Source of the DNA: an uncultured Gemmatimonadales bacterium
Lineage (GTDB): Bacteria > Gemmatimonadota > Gemmatimonadetes > Gemmatimonadales > GWC2-71-9
Assembly: GCA_963825055.1 (NCBI GenBank)
Contig: CAWGSK010000007.1
Location: forward strand, 1-64,000
Direction: 5' to 3'
Length of the DNA: 64,000 nt
The position numbers and the translations under genes are program-made. The notes beneath the pieces were generated by a model. That model did not search any database and was not told the DNA's origin. It saw nothing but the letters and a program-made list of their open reading frames with translations. Below are positions 46,319 through 56,247 of this stretch, piece by piece. Position 1 is the first letter of the stretch. Each line of letters opens with the position of its first letter.

Positions 46319-47974
46319 GTGGCACCGATCGTCCCGCTCCGCTACCAGCCGAAGTTACCGCTCGACCGCCTGATCCTGACCGGGGAACCCGGCGCCGAAG
46401 CCCTTGAGATGGACGTGCTCTTCGTGGGGGCGGGGCCCGCCGGTCTGGCCGGGGCCATCGAACTGGCCCGGCTGGTTCGCCGGGACCAGGAGGCAGGAGG
46501 CAGCCTGGGCGAGGTGAGCATCGGCGTCCTGGAGAAGGCCGGTGCGCTTGGCGAGCACAATCTTTCCGGGGCCGTGATCAATCCCCGGAGCCTCCGGGAA
46601 CTCTTTCCTGACCTGTCCGACGGTGATTTCCCCTTCCGCCGGGCAGTGGAGCACGAGTCGGTCTACTACCTGACGCCGACGCGGGCCATGAAGATTCCCG
46701 TGCCCCCAACCATGCACAACGCGGGGAACTACACTGCCAGCATCTGCGAGCTGGTTCGCTGGATGGGCGAGCAGGCCGAGGGGCTGGGCGTGGACATCTT
46801 CCCGGGGTTCCCCGCCGACGCCCTTTTCACCGAGGGGACCCTGGTGCGCGGCGTCAGGACCACGCCTTCAGGACTGGACCGCCAGGGGAAACCGACCGAC
46901 GGCTACGCCGAGCCCACCGACATCACCGCGAAGATCACGGTCCTGTCCGAGGGCACCCGTGGCGCGCTCACCCAGGCCTGGCAGCAGTGGCAGGGCATCA
47001 CCTCGCCGAATCCCCAGATCTACGCGCTGGGGGTGAAAGAGCTGTGGGAGACGAGGCAGCCGCTCGATCGCATCATCCACACGCTGGGATGGCCGCTTCC
47101 GTCCAGCGCGTTCGGCGGGAGCTGGGCGTATCCCCTGGCCGACAACCTGGTGTCACTCGGCCTCGTGGTCGGGCTGGACTACGACAATGCCAACCTCGAT
47201 GTGCATGTGCTCCTGCAGCGGATGAAGTCGCACCCGCTCTTCCGGGACCTGCTCGGGGGTGGCCAACTGGTGGAATGGGGCGCCAAGACGATCCCCGAGG
47301 GTGGCCTGCATTCGTTCGCCGCGCGCCGCAGCGGTGACGGTATCATGGTCATCGGTGACTCGGCCGGCTACGTGGACGTCCCCTCACTCAAGGGGATCCA
47401 CTACGCGATCCAGTCCGGTATTTATGCCGGGCGGACCGCCTTCGAGGCGCTCAGGAAGCAGGACACTTCGGCCGCCACGCTGGCCGCCTGCGACCGCCTC
47501 GTGGCCGACAGTTACATCGTGGAGGACCTCGACCGCACCCGCAACATGCGACTCGCGTTCAAGAGCGGATTCGTCATGGGTGGCATGAAGGCCGGGCTCA
47601 TGACCCTCACGGGCGGCCGGTTTCCGGGCGCGCAGGTCCACGTCGAGGAGGACGCAGCGGAGCCACGGCACCAGGGGCCCGCGGAGCCGTTCGTCCCGGA
47701 TAACACCCTCACCTTCAGCAAGGTGGATGCGGTGTTCAAGTCAGGCAATGCCACGCGTGACACCATTCCTGTGCACCTCGTCGTGGGGGCGGACGTCCCT
47801 CCCGAAGTAGCCGAGTTCTACAGCCACGTATGTCCGGCGGGAGTCTACGAGCGTGACGGCGACCGCCTGGCGGTCAACGCCCCGAACTGCGTCGACTGCA
47901 AGGCGACCGATGTCCTGGGACCCCGCTGGCTTCCGCGCGAGGGCGGCAGCGGGCCCAAGTACCGCACCATGTAA
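46319..47974 (+). CDS. ETF-quinone oxidoreductase
   Basis: GAGPAGL, HNLSGA, GVKELW, HTLGWP, TIPEGG, KGIHYA, C-terminal CPAGVY…NCVDC, PREGGSGP.Y. Confidence 0.9.
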   Translation: MAPIVPLRYQPKLPLDRLILTGEPGAEALEMDVLFVGAGPAGLAGAIELARLVRRDQEAGGSLGEVSIGVLEKAGALGEHNLSGAVINPRSLRELFPDLSDGDFPFRRAVEHESVYYLTPTRAMKIPVPPTMHNAGNYTASICELVRWMGEQAEGLGVDIFPGFPADALFTEGTLVRGVRTTPSGLDRQGKPTDGYAEPTDITAKITVLSEGTRGALTQAWQQWQGITSPNPQIYALGVKELWETRQPLDRIIHTLGWPLPSSAFGGSWAYPLADNLVSLGLVVGLDYDNANLDVHVLLQRMKSHPLFRDLLGGGQLVEWGAKTIPEGGLHSFAARRSGDGIMVIGDSAGYVDVPSLKGIHYAIQSGIYAGRTAFEALRKQDTSAATLAACDRLVADSYIVEDLDRTRNMRLAFKSGFVMGGMKAGLMTLTGGRFPGAQVHVEEDAAEPRHQGPAEPFVPDNTLTFSKVDAVFKSGNATRDTIPVHLVVGADVPPEVAEFYSHVCPAGVYERDGDRLAVNAPNCVDCKATDVLGPRWLPREGGSGPKYRTM

Positions 47975-48001
47975 CCAGGGCCGCCCTGACGGCGAGGTGA
48001 G

Positions 48002-49195
48002 ATGGACGACAGCCAGATCCCCGTGATGGACATGCCGGTGGCATTCGGGGGCCGGGACCCGCTGCTGCTGGGCGCGGGGGCCGACGGCGAGCTCCTCGTC
48101 GCCCGCATCCGCGTGTTCATCACGGCCGTCCTGCTGCTCGTCCCGATCGCCACCGCGGGCCAGTCCACCCCCGAGGAGACAATGGTCGGGGTGGGGATCA
48201 CGCTGACGGCCCTCCTCCTCGCCATCGCGGTCTTCCTTCTCGTCCGTCGCGACTTCTACCGTCCCTGGCTCGGCCTGCTCACGAGCACGTTCGACGTCAC
48301 GTTCGTGAGCGTCGCGCTGGTCGTCTTCCTGTACATTGGCCAACCGCACATCGCGGTCAACAGCAAGGTCATTTTCGAGGTCTATTTCCTTGCCATAGGC
48401 GCCGCGAGCCTCCGGTATGACGTGCGGACCTGCCTGACCGCGGGTCTCCTCGCCGTGGTCCAGTATGGGCTGATCGTGGGCTGGGCCAGTTCGCACTGGG
48501 ACCTGAACCACCCATCCTTCGCCCCGTTCCGCTATGGCATGTTCAACTGGGGAGACCAGTTCTCCCGGCTGATCCTCCTGGTCACGGCGACGGTCCTGAG
48601 CACGGCGCTGGTATTGCGCGCGCGGCGCCTCCTCCTGCTGAGCACCCACGACCGCCTCACCGGGCTGGTGAACCGCGGCTTCTTCGACGACCGCCTCCGG
48701 ATCGAGGTCAGCCGCGCCCGTCGGTACAGTCGGCCGCTTGCGGTGGCCATGGTCGACGTGGACCACTTCAAGCGCTTCAATGACTCCATGGGACACGCCG
48801 CCGGCGACGCCGCCCTCAGGGCCATCGCCGCATGCATGCAGGTATCCTTCCGCCAGAGCGATATCGTGGCCCGGTACGGCGGGGAGGAATTCGTGGTGGT
48901 GATGCCGGAAACGTCGCTCGAGGAAGGCGTGGAGAAAATGGAGGAGGTGCGGCTCGCCGTTGCCAACCTGGGCGTCCCGGTACCGCGGCGCGACTACGAT
49001 GCCCGGCTCACGGTGAGCGCGGGCGTGGCCGGCATGCCCGACGACGGGGAGCAGGGGGATGCCCTGCTCGACGCCGCCGATCGCCGCCTGTTCCATGCGA
49101 AGCAGTCGGGCCGGAACCAGGTGCGTGGCGCATCGGCCGGGCGGGACACACCGACGCCTCCCGGGCCCGGGGCCGGCGCGTCCGCACTGAGTTAG
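48002..49195 (+). CDS. Membrane-bound diguanylate cyclase
   Basis: Several TM segments, D.LTGL.NR, DVDHFK..ND..GH, RQSD I-site, RYGGEEF. Confidence 0.92.
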   Translation: MDDSQIPVMDMPVAFGGRDPLLLGAGADGELLVARIRVFITAVLLLVPIATAGQSTPEETMVGVGITLTALLLAIAVFLLVRRDFYRPWLGLLTSTFDVTFVSVALVVFLYIGQPHIAVNSKVIFEVYFLAIGAASLRYDVRTCLTAGLLAVVQYGLIVGWASSHWDLNHPSFAPFRYGMFNWGDQFSRLILLVTATVLSTALVLRARRLLLLSTHDRLTGLVNRGFFDDRLRIEVSRARRYSRPLAVAMVDVDHFKRFNDSMGHAAGDAALRAIAACMQVSFRQSDIVARYGGEEFVVVMPETSLEEGVEKMEEVRLAVANLGVPVPRRDYDARLTVSAGVAGMPDDGEQGDALLDAADRRLFHAKQSGRNQVRGASAGRDTPTPPGPGAGASALS

Positions 49196-49617
49196 GGCCG
49201 CGCCTCGAATTCCGCCAGCACTCCGGGCACGCCGATGAGACGGAGCCGGCCATCCTCGAGCCGGAACTCGCGGGTGTCATCCAGCGCTGCCAGGTACCGC
49301 TGCTCGAGGTCCATGCCGTCGTCGCACGCCATCCTCGTGGTGTAGACCTGGACGAAGCGGAGGTCGCTGCCGTCCATGGTGTATCGCCCTCCGATCCGGT
49401 TGCACCCCGCGAAGCCGCTCACATGCATGTCGTCAGAGGAGAGCTCGAGGGTCGCGAACCGGCCTCCGGCCCCGAGGCCGGCGGGGATCCGGTTGAGCGT
49501 GACGAGCCGCCATTCCGTGTTGAGAAGGGCCGTGGCGGTGCCCGGAGCGGGCGGCGGTCCCGGATTCCTGCCACAGCCCAGCGCCAGGACGAAGAAGACG
49601 GTGCAGAAGCGTTGCAA
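49192..49617 (-). CDS. META-domain (HslJ-like) lipoprotein
   Basis: Lipobox ALGC, W.LV.L, GFAGCN, TTRMAC. Confidence 0.85.
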   Translation of the reverse strand: MQRFCTVFFVLALGCGRNPGPPPAPGTATALLNTEWRLVTLNRIPAGLGAGGRFATLELSSDDMHVSGFAGCNRIGGRYTMDGSDLRFVQVYTTRMACDDGMDLEQRYLAALDDTREFRLEDGRLRLIGVPGVLAEFEARP

Positions 49618-49711
49618 TCGAGACTCCGCTGAACGGGTTGGACACCGGACCGGGGGCGGGCTCGCTCGAATCCATCACGCCCGCGCAGGTGTCAGGAGGC
49701 CGTGATGCTCC

Positions 49712-50107
49712 TCACTCCGCCACGTCCGCGGCCAGCCAGCTACGGGCTGCGGCGAGGTCAGTGAAAATCTGGCTCTGGACGCTGATCCGGTCCTGGGAGA
49801 TGTTCTCCCACATGCGGCCACGTCCGAAATCGGCCTCGTCCTTCATGAGGATGGCGCAGCGTCCAGGGCCGATCTGGTCATCCTGGTCCCGATGCGTCCG
49901 GCTGGCGGCCGACATGGTCTCGAAGCCGACATCATGGAAGTCCAGGGCGCGGTGGTCGAAGAGGGTGGCCATGCCCGGCCGCCAGAACTCCCTTGCGAGG
50001 ATCTCTTCCGTCATCGCGGCGTGGTCCCGGAGGTTGAAACGGCCGCTCGTCCGGATCACGACGAGCTCGCGGTCCCGCTCGAATTCGATAGTCCAGTGCA
50101 TCTGCAT
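49712..50107 (-). CDS. Hypothetical protein (SpoIIAA/STAS-like fold possible)
   Basis: Protein-like ORF ending F.DLAAARSWL; start uncertain. Confidence 0.65.
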   Translation of the reverse strand: MQMHWTIEFERDRELVVIRTSGRFNLRDHAAMTEEILAREFWRPGMATLFDHRALDFHDVGFETMSAASRTHRDQDDQIGPGRCAILMKDEADFGRGRMWENISQDRISVQSQIFTDLAAARSWLAADVAE

Positions 50108-50148
50108 GCGCACCTCCCCGACCCCATAAATGCGACAGGAGCCCACGC

Positions 50149-50568
50149 ATGTCCAGCCATACCGCCTATCTCTGGTTCAACACGACAGAGCGCCAGGAGA
50201 TCATCGACATCACGGACCAGGTTGCCGCGGCGGTGGACGAGAGCGGGATCCGGGAGGGGTTCATCCTGGTATCCGCCATGCACATCTCCGCCTCCGTCTT
50301 CGTGAACGACCACGAATCGGGGCTCTGGCACGACATCCTGGCCTGGCTCGAGGGCACTGTCGCGCCGTGGGATCCGGAGCGTTATCGGCACAACCTGACC
50401 GGTGAGGACAATGCCGCGGCACACCTGAGGAGCCTGACGGTGGGGCACGAGGTGATCGTACCGGTGACCGAGGGCCGGCTCGACCTCGGCCCGTGGCAGC
50501 GGGTGTTCTACGGTGAGTGGGACGGCCAGCGCCGCAAGCGCGTAGTCCTCAAGGTGCTGGGGGAGTAG
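50149..50568 (+). CDS. yjbQ: YjbQ/UPF0047 family protein
   Basis: IDITDQV, HISAS..VND, GEDNAAAHL, LDLGPWQ, EWDG. Confidence 0.9.
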   Translation: MSSHTAYLWFNTTERQEIIDITDQVAAAVDESGIREGFILVSAMHISASVFVNDHESGLWHDILAWLEGTVAPWDPERYRHNLTGEDNAAAHLRSLTVGHEVIVPVTEGRLDLGPWQRVFYGEWDGQRRKRVVLKVLGE

Positions 50569-51922
50569 CCGCGGCCTCCGCCGCGCGGGCCACGGCCCGG
50601 CCCTCGTCCACGTCTACCCGGAGCAGCAACACACCGCCCGCCACGAAGAAAACGATCACCGAGAGCAGGGCGCTCCGGCTCGATCCGGTCAGGTAGATCG
50701 CCAGAGCGAAGAGGGCCGGCCCGAAGATCCCCGCGAATTTCTCGACCACTGCGAAGAACCCGAAGAACTCACCGGACATGTGCCGCGGGACCATGCTCGC
50801 GAAGAGCGAGCGGCTGAGGGCCTGGGTACCGCCCTGCACCATGCCGACCAGGCCCGCAAGGATGAAGAACTGCCCGGCGGTATGCATGTAGTAGCCATAG
50901 ATGCTGATGCCGGCATACACCACCACACCGAGCAGGACGAGGCGCCTGGCTCCCACCCGTCCAGCAAGGGCCCCGAAGAGAAACGCGAACGGGATCCCGA
51001 TAACCTGGACCATCAGGATGGCCCCGATCAGCGCTGTTTGCCCGATGCCGATCTCGGTCCCGTAGATCGTGGCCATGCGGATGATCGTTCCGATCCCGTC
51101 GTTGTAGATCAGGAACGCGAGCAGCATGAGGAAGGCGTTGCGGTACCCGCGGAGCTCGCCCAGGGTGTCGCGGAGTCGCCTCCAGGCCGCCCGCGCCAGG
51201 GCACGGCCCGCGACCTGTCCGCGACCCTGGCGAACCGGCGGCTCGGGGACACGACGGAAGAGCGGGATCGCGAAGCCGACCCACCAGAGGGCGACCGCGA
51301 GGAATGCCAGTCGCTTCGGCAGGGTAGCCTGAGCGGGCGTGAGATCCGGTCCTGCCGGAAGGCCGAACCACTCCGGATGGAGCATCCAGGCCACCGTGAG
51401 CCCCATGAGCAGGGCACTGCCGAGATATCCGAGCGCGTATCCTGCCGAGGATACCCGGTCCATCTCCTCCGAATCCCGCGCGACGTGCGGCAGCAGGGCG
51501 TCATAGAACACGAAGCTCCCGTTGGCGCCGATATTGGCCGCGATGAAGAGCAGCGCCGCCAGGAGCCAGTCCCCCCGCTGGATGAAGAACATGAGGGCCG
51601 TGGACGTCACGCCGAGGGCGAGGAAGATCCCCAGCATCCGCTTCTTGATTCCCGCAAAGTCGGCAAGCGCGCCGAGGAACGGGGCGAGGAGCGCAATGAT
51701 CAGGAGTCCGATGGTCGTGGCGAGGCTGTAGCGGAAGGTGGCCACGGAGGGCGGCAGGTCTCCCGCCGCCACCTTGGAGAAGTAGATCGGGAAGATGGCC
51801 GTGATGATGATGAGCACGAACGCGGAGTTGGCCCAGTCATACATCGCCCAGGCGACCAGCTCGGGTCGGTGCAGGCCCAGGCGCTCGCGCAGGGCAGGTC
51901 GAGCGGCGGGATCAGGCATCAT
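50549..51922 (-). CDS. MFS transporter (Atg22/UMF1-like)
   Basis: AWAMYDWANSAF, FYDALL, GYALGYLG, YNDG, QGGTQALSRS. Confidence 0.9.
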   Translation of the reverse strand: MMPDPAARPALRERLGLHRPELVAWAMYDWANSAFVLIIITAIFPIYFSKVAAGDLPPSVATFRYSLATTIGLLIIALLAPFLGALADFAGIKKRMLGIFLALGVTSTALMFFIQRGDWLLAALLFIAANIGANGSFVFYDALLPHVARDSEEMDRVSSAGYALGYLGSALLMGLTVAWMLHPEWFGLPAGPDLTPAQATLPKRLAFLAVALWWVGFAIPLFRRVPEPPVRQGRGQVAGRALARAAWRRLRDTLGELRGYRNAFLMLLAFLIYNDGIGTIIRMATIYGTEIGIGQTALIGAILMVQVIGIPFAFLFGALAGRVGARRLVLLGVVVYAGISIYGYYMHTAGQFFILAGLVGMVQGGTQALSRSLFASMVPRHMSGEFFGFFAVVEKFAGIFGPALFALAIYLTGSSRSALLSVIVFFVAGGVLLLRVDVDEGRAVARAAEAAATPPAP

Positions 51923-52845
51923 GCATGTCCCTCCCCGTGCCTGGTGCGCAGGAGCGACAGCGTCACCGCCGCGCCCAGGACCGAGATGATGACCACGAGC
52001 GAGAGCCAGATCGGCACGTGCACCACTTCCTCCATCAGCATCTTGGCCCCCACGAAGATCAGGATGGCGGACACGGCGGGCTTGAGGTAGGCGAACCGGT
52101 CCAGCATCCCGGCCAGGACGAAGAAGAGTGCCCGGAGGCCGAGGATGGCGAAGACATTCGAAGTGTACACGATGAATGGATCACGCGTGACGGCAAAGAT
52201 GGCCGGGATGCTGTCCACTGCAAAGACCACGTCGGTCGTCTCGATCACGACCAGGACGATGAGCAGCGGCGTTGCCCGCAGGCCCGCTCGCGTGGGGACC
52301 AGGAACCGTCGCCCCTGGTAGCTCTCCGTCACGGGCAGGACACGGCGGACCAGTTTCACCACCGGGTTCCGCTCGGGCTCCACATGGGCCTCGCCGCTCA
52401 GGAACATCCGGATGCCGGTGATCATTACGACGATCCCGAACACATACAGAACCCAGTCGAACCGGTTGACGAGGAGCGCGCCGCCGACGATCATCGCCCC
52501 GCGCATCACCAGCGCGCCGAGGATGCCCCACTGGAGGACGCGGGGCTGCTGCCGGGCAGGCACGGCGAAATACTGGAAGACCAGCAGGAAGACGAAAAGG
52601 TTGTCGACGCTGAGGGAAAGCTCGATCAGGTAGCCGGTGAAGTACTCGAGCCCCGAGGTGCTGCCCATGAAGGCAAAAACGCCGACGCCGAAGGCGACGG
52701 CCAGCCCCGCCCAGCCCGCAGTCCATGTCAGGGCCTCCCTGAGGCCGAGGACTCGGCTCTTGCGATGCAGGATACCCAGGTCCAGCGCCAGCAGGAGCAG
52801 GATCAGGATGCCGAATCCGCCCCACAGCAGCGCGGAGTGCCGCAC
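51919..52845 (-). CDS. TerC-family membrane protein (Alx-like)
   Basis: YLIELSLSVDNLFVF, DVVFAVDSIPA, TSNVFAILGLR. Confidence 0.92.
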   Translation of the reverse strand: MRHSALLWGGFGILILLLLALDLGILHRKSRVLGLREALTWTAGWAGLAVAFGVGVFAFMGSTSGLEYFTGYLIELSLSVDNLFVFLLVFQYFAVPARQQPRVLQWGILGALVMRGAMIVGGALLVNRFDWVLYVFGIVVMITGIRMFLSGEAHVEPERNPVVKLVRRVLPVTESYQGRRFLVPTRAGLRATPLLIVLVVIETTDVVFAVDSIPAIFAVTRDPFIVYTSNVFAILGLRALFFVLAGMLDRFAYLKPAVSAILIFVGAKMLMEEVVHVPIWLSLVVIISVLGAAVTLSLLRTRHGEGHA

Positions 52846-53679
52846 TCAGCGGCCGGCGGCCATGGCTTCGAGACGCGCAACGCGCTCGGCGGTGGGGGGG
52901 TGGGTGCTGAAGAGGTTGGTAATGCCGCCGCCCTGGGCGGCCAGCGGGTTGACCTGGGCGAGTGGCGCGGCCGCGGGCTGGACCCGCATGGGGATGCGAT
53001 GGGCCATCGCGTCCAGCCGGCGCAGGGCGTTTGCCAGGGGCATCGGACGCCCGAGGATCTCGGCCCCGACCCGGTCGGCCTCGAACTCGCGCTGCCGGCT
53101 CACGGCGAACTGGATGAGCATGGCCGCCATGGGGGCCAGCAGGAGCATGGCGAGCCCCGCCACCGGGTGGTCGTCGTCGCCCCCGCCCATGCCGAACATC
53201 AGCAGGTAGGGGAGGTACCCGATGGCGCCCGCGATCCCGGCTGCCAGCGTGGTGATGAGCATGTCGCGGTTCTTCACGTGCGCGAGCTCATGGGCCAGGA
53301 CACCCTCGAGTTCGTCCTCGGGCATGTACTTGAGGATCCCGGCCGTGACCGCGACGACGGCCTTCTCCGGGCTCCGTCCGGTGGCGAAGGCGTTCGGCTG
53401 CTCGTGCGGCGCAACAGCGATCGCCGGCATTGGAAGCCCCGCGCGCTGGCGCAGGTGGTCGACCATCGCGTAAAGCTCCGGCGCCTCCGACCGGTTCACG
53501 ACCTTCGCATGGTACATGCGCAGCACGATGCGGTCGGAAAAGAAGTACATGATGAAGTTGAGCGCCACGCCGAGGACCAGCGCGAGCCCCAGCCCGGCGC
53601 TGCCGCCCAGCAGCTGACCGGCGGCCAGGAAGAGGGCCATGAGGCCCGCCATCAGGACCCAGGTACGGACGTTGTTCAT
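52846..53679 (-). CDS. htpX: Zinc metalloprotease HtpX
   Basis: QPNAFATG, HELAHVKNRD, SRQREFEAD, STHPP. Confidence 0.93.
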   Translation of the reverse strand: MNNVRTWVLMAGLMALFLAAGQLLGGSAGLGLALVLGVALNFIMYFFSDRIVLRMYHAKVVNRSEAPELYAMVDHLRQRAGLPMPAIAVAPHEQPNAFATGRSPEKAVVAVTAGILKYMPEDELEGVLAHELAHVKNRDMLITTLAAGIAGAIGYLPYLLMFGMGGGDDDHPVAGLAMLLLAPMAAMLIQFAVSRQREFEADRVGAEILGRPMPLANALRRLDAMAHRIPMRVQPAAAPLAQVNPLAAQGGGITNLFSTHPPTAERVARLEAMAAGR

Positions 53680-53820
53680 GTACCACTCCAGCTATGCCGT
53701 GAAAGCGCACGAGGCCCGTGGCGCCTCTCGGGCGCCACCCGGGCCTCGTGCATGCAACGTTCAGTTGTCCGGTCCGCCCCACCCCGCAGGGCTGATGGAC
53801 CCCCTGGCCCGCCTGAGCCA

Positions 53821-53850
53821 AGTGTATCCCGGGGCAGCCCGGGGCGTCAA
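53821..53850 (-). promoter_or_regulatory. Sigma70-like promoter for htpX-TerC-MFS
   Basis: Minus strand TTGACG-18 nt-TACACT. Confidence 0.55.
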
Positions 53851-53863
53851 CGAGGCGAGGCCC

Positions 53864-55117
53864 CTAGAAGGGGGGATCTCCCGCCCAGGCGGGCACATGC
53901 AGGAGCAGGGCCGTGGCGGTGGCACCGGCGGGAGTCTCGAACTGCCCCTCCGGTATCACGAGCAACGCATTGGCCGCGACCATCGAAGTGAGAATACCGG
54001 ACCCCTGGGGGCCGGTGAGCCGCACCTGGAGCCCGCCCGGGCGATCCTCCACCACGGCCCGGAGGAAGTGCTGCAGCCTGGGCCGGACGGTGACGGGTTC
54101 GGCCAGGGTCACCGTGGTCCCGCGCCGGAAAGGATGCGCGTGACCCGCCATCCGCCGGATAGCCGGGCGGACGAAGAGTTCGAACGTGACCATGGTGCTC
54201 ACCGGATTGCCCGGGAGCCCGATCCACGGCACCACGCCGAGGAATCCGAAACCGACCGGAGCTCCGGGCCGCATCCGCAGGCGCCAGAACCGGAGTTCCC
54301 CACCAAGCGCCTCCATCACGCCCCGGAGGTGGTCGTGCTCCCCCACGCTGATACCGGCGGTCGTGACGAGCAGGTCGCACTCCGCCGCGCCGGCCAGGTG
54401 CTCCCGGAGGCTCTCCGGCGTATCCCGGGCGATGCCGAGGTCGACGGGAACGCCGCCGGCATCAAGGATCAGGGCCCGCAACGTGTGCGTATTTGAGCTC
54501 GCCACCTTGCGGCCGGCGAGGATGGCGTCCGCCTCGTCCACGTCCACGATCTCATCGCCGCTGGCGAGGATGCCCACCCGGGGCCGGCGATGGACCATCG
54601 GTGCCGCCACAGCAAGGGAAGCCAGCACGCCAAGCTCAGCGGCCCGCAGTTCGCGCCCGGCCCGGAGCACCGTGCTCCCGCGGGTGATGTCCTCGCCGGC
54701 CGGGCGGATGTTGACGCCACAGTCCCGATCGGAGGTGATCGTGACCATGTCCACCCCCAGGTCCGTATCCTCCTGGCGGATCACGCTGTCGGCGCCCCCA
54801 GGCAGCGGGGCGCCGGTGAAGATCCGGGCGCTCTCGCCGGGGCCGATCCGCCGCTCCGGAAATCCCCCAGCCGGGATCTGCTCGATGACCCGGAGCCGAA
54901 CAGGTGATTCCGTGCTCGCCCCGCGCACGTCCTCCGACCGCGCCGCGTAGCCGTCCATGGCCGAATTGGTCCATGCCGGGACGTCGATCGGACTGACGAG
55001 GTCCTCGGCCAGGACAGCGCCGCGGGCGTCGTCGAGGGGAATGCGGAGGGTGGGTTGGGTGTGGACCGCGGCCAGGATGCCGAGCGCGGCATCACGAGCG
55101 CTGAGCGGGCCGCTCAC
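53864..55117 (-). CDS. moeA: Molybdopterin molybdotransferase
   Basis: SAMDGYA, RIFTGAPLP, SGDE, LPGNPVS, QGSG; GTG start overlaps the mobB stop. Confidence 0.94.
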   Translation of the reverse strand: MSGPLSARDAALGILAAVHTQPTLRIPLDDARGAVLAEDLVSPIDVPAWTNSAMDGYAARSEDVRGASTESPVRLRVIEQIPAGGFPERRIGPGESARIFTGAPLPGGADSVIRQEDTDLGVDMVTITSDRDCGVNIRPAGEDITRGSTVLRAGRELRAAELGVLASLAVAAPMVHRRPRVGILASGDEIVDVDEADAILAGRKVASSNTHTLRALILDAGGVPVDLGIARDTPESLREHLAGAAECDLLVTTAGISVGEHDHLRGVMEALGGELRFWRLRMRPGAPVGFGFLGVVPWIGLPGNPVSTMVTFELFVRPAIRRMAGHAHPFRRGTTVTLAEPVTVRPRLQHFLRAVVEDRPGGLQVRLTGPQGSGILTSMVAANALLVIPEGQFETPAGATATALLLHVPAWAGDPPF

Positions 55118-55641
55118 GTCAGGACTTTGGAACGGTCCCAGGCGATGGAGGCCAGCGTCTGGAGCCAGATCGTGTCCTGGAAGCGGAGCACGTGGCAGGG
55201 CGCGCGGAACTCGCTGTCGTCGGTCAGCACCGCGATCCACTCGTCGGCGTTCGGGGCGGCGGGATCGAACAGGGGCTGGTCCGCGACGGCGCGCCGGAAG
55301 ACTTCGATCTTCGGAATCGGCGCCTTCTTGAACCCCTCCACCAGGATCAGGTCGGCATCCGAGAGATACTGGCGGGCCAGGGCGATGGGATCCGCCTCGT
55401 CCGAGGTCCGGTCAATGATTGCCCTGAGCTCGGGTGCGGCGAGCACGACGCGGGAGACGGCACCCTCGTGGAAGTGCCGATACGAATCCGTGCCCGGCTG
55501 GTCAAGCCGCGCGGGATGGCTGGCGTGCTTGATGGTCATGACCTGGCGCCCGCGGCGCGCGAATTCCTTCGCCAGTGCCACGAGGAGGGTGGTCTTCCCG
55601 GTGTCCTTGCGTCCGATTATCGAGAGGATGCGCGCTGCCAC
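55114..55641 (-). CDS. mobB: Molybdopterin-guanine dinucleotide biosynthesis protein B
   Basis: GRKDTGKTT, IKH, D.PGTDS, LVEGFK…PKIEV. Confidence 0.92.
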   Translation of the reverse strand: MAARILSIIGRKDTGKTTLLVALAKEFARRGRQVMTIKHASHPARLDQPGTDSYRHFHEGAVSRVVLAAPELRAIIDRTSDEADPIALARQYLSDADLILVEGFKKAPIPKIEVFRRAVADQPLFDPAAPNADEWIAVLTDDSEFRAPCHVLRFQDTIWLQTLASIAWDRSKVLT

Positions 55642-56222
55642 TCGGCCTCCGCCCTGGTGCGGTCTTCCGGTGTGTTCACGTTCAGGAACATGAGTGCGGG
55701 ATCCCCGAACCGGCGGATCTCCTCGAGGGGGAGAATACCCACATCGACGGCCGAATGGAAACCGATGGCCCGCAGGTCGCCACTCGCGATGGAATCCTCC
55801 ATGGGTTTCCGGCAGGAGGGCCCATACGCGGCGCAGAGCGGCTCCATCCCGCGCCGACCCCCGCTGGCCGGCAGGAAGGCATCATGCCGCTCGAGTCCCG
55901 CGGCCAGCCGGCGGAGCAGCACGGCGGTCACGAACGGCATGTCCCACGCGGCGCAGACGACGGGCGCGGGGGCGGCCGCCACGGCCGTGTACAGCCCGCC
56001 CAGCGTGCCGGCGCCCGGGAGCAGGTCGGTGGTAATGCGGAGATCCGGGCGCCAGGCCCGGGCCTCCGGGTCATTGGCGACGAGGAGGGGGAGGGTGCCG
56101 AAGGCCTCGCGGAAGGCCTCGACCAGACGGTCGAGGATCCGGACGCCACCGACCGGCTCGAGCCCCTTGGGACGGCCCTCGTACCGGCTGGCCTGCCCTC
56201 CGGCGAGGATGGCGCCCCGCAC
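55617..56222 (-). CDS. mobA: Molybdenum cofactor guanylyltransferase
   Basis: GAILAGG.ASR, DMPF, EPLCAAY, NVNTPED; start moved to GTG 56222. Confidence 0.9.
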   Translation of the reverse strand: MRGAILAGGQASRYEGRPKGLEPVGGVRILDRLVEAFREAFGTLPLLVANDPEARAWRPDLRITTDLLPGAGTLGGLYTAVAAAPAPVVCAAWDMPFVTAVLLRRLAAGLERHDAFLPASGGRRGMEPLCAAYGPSCRKPMEDSIASGDLRAIGFHSAVDVGILPLEEIRRFGDPALMFLNVNTPEDRTRAEAEWQRASSR

Positions 56223-56247
56223 GGGGCCGGAGGATGGCCCGGCCAGG

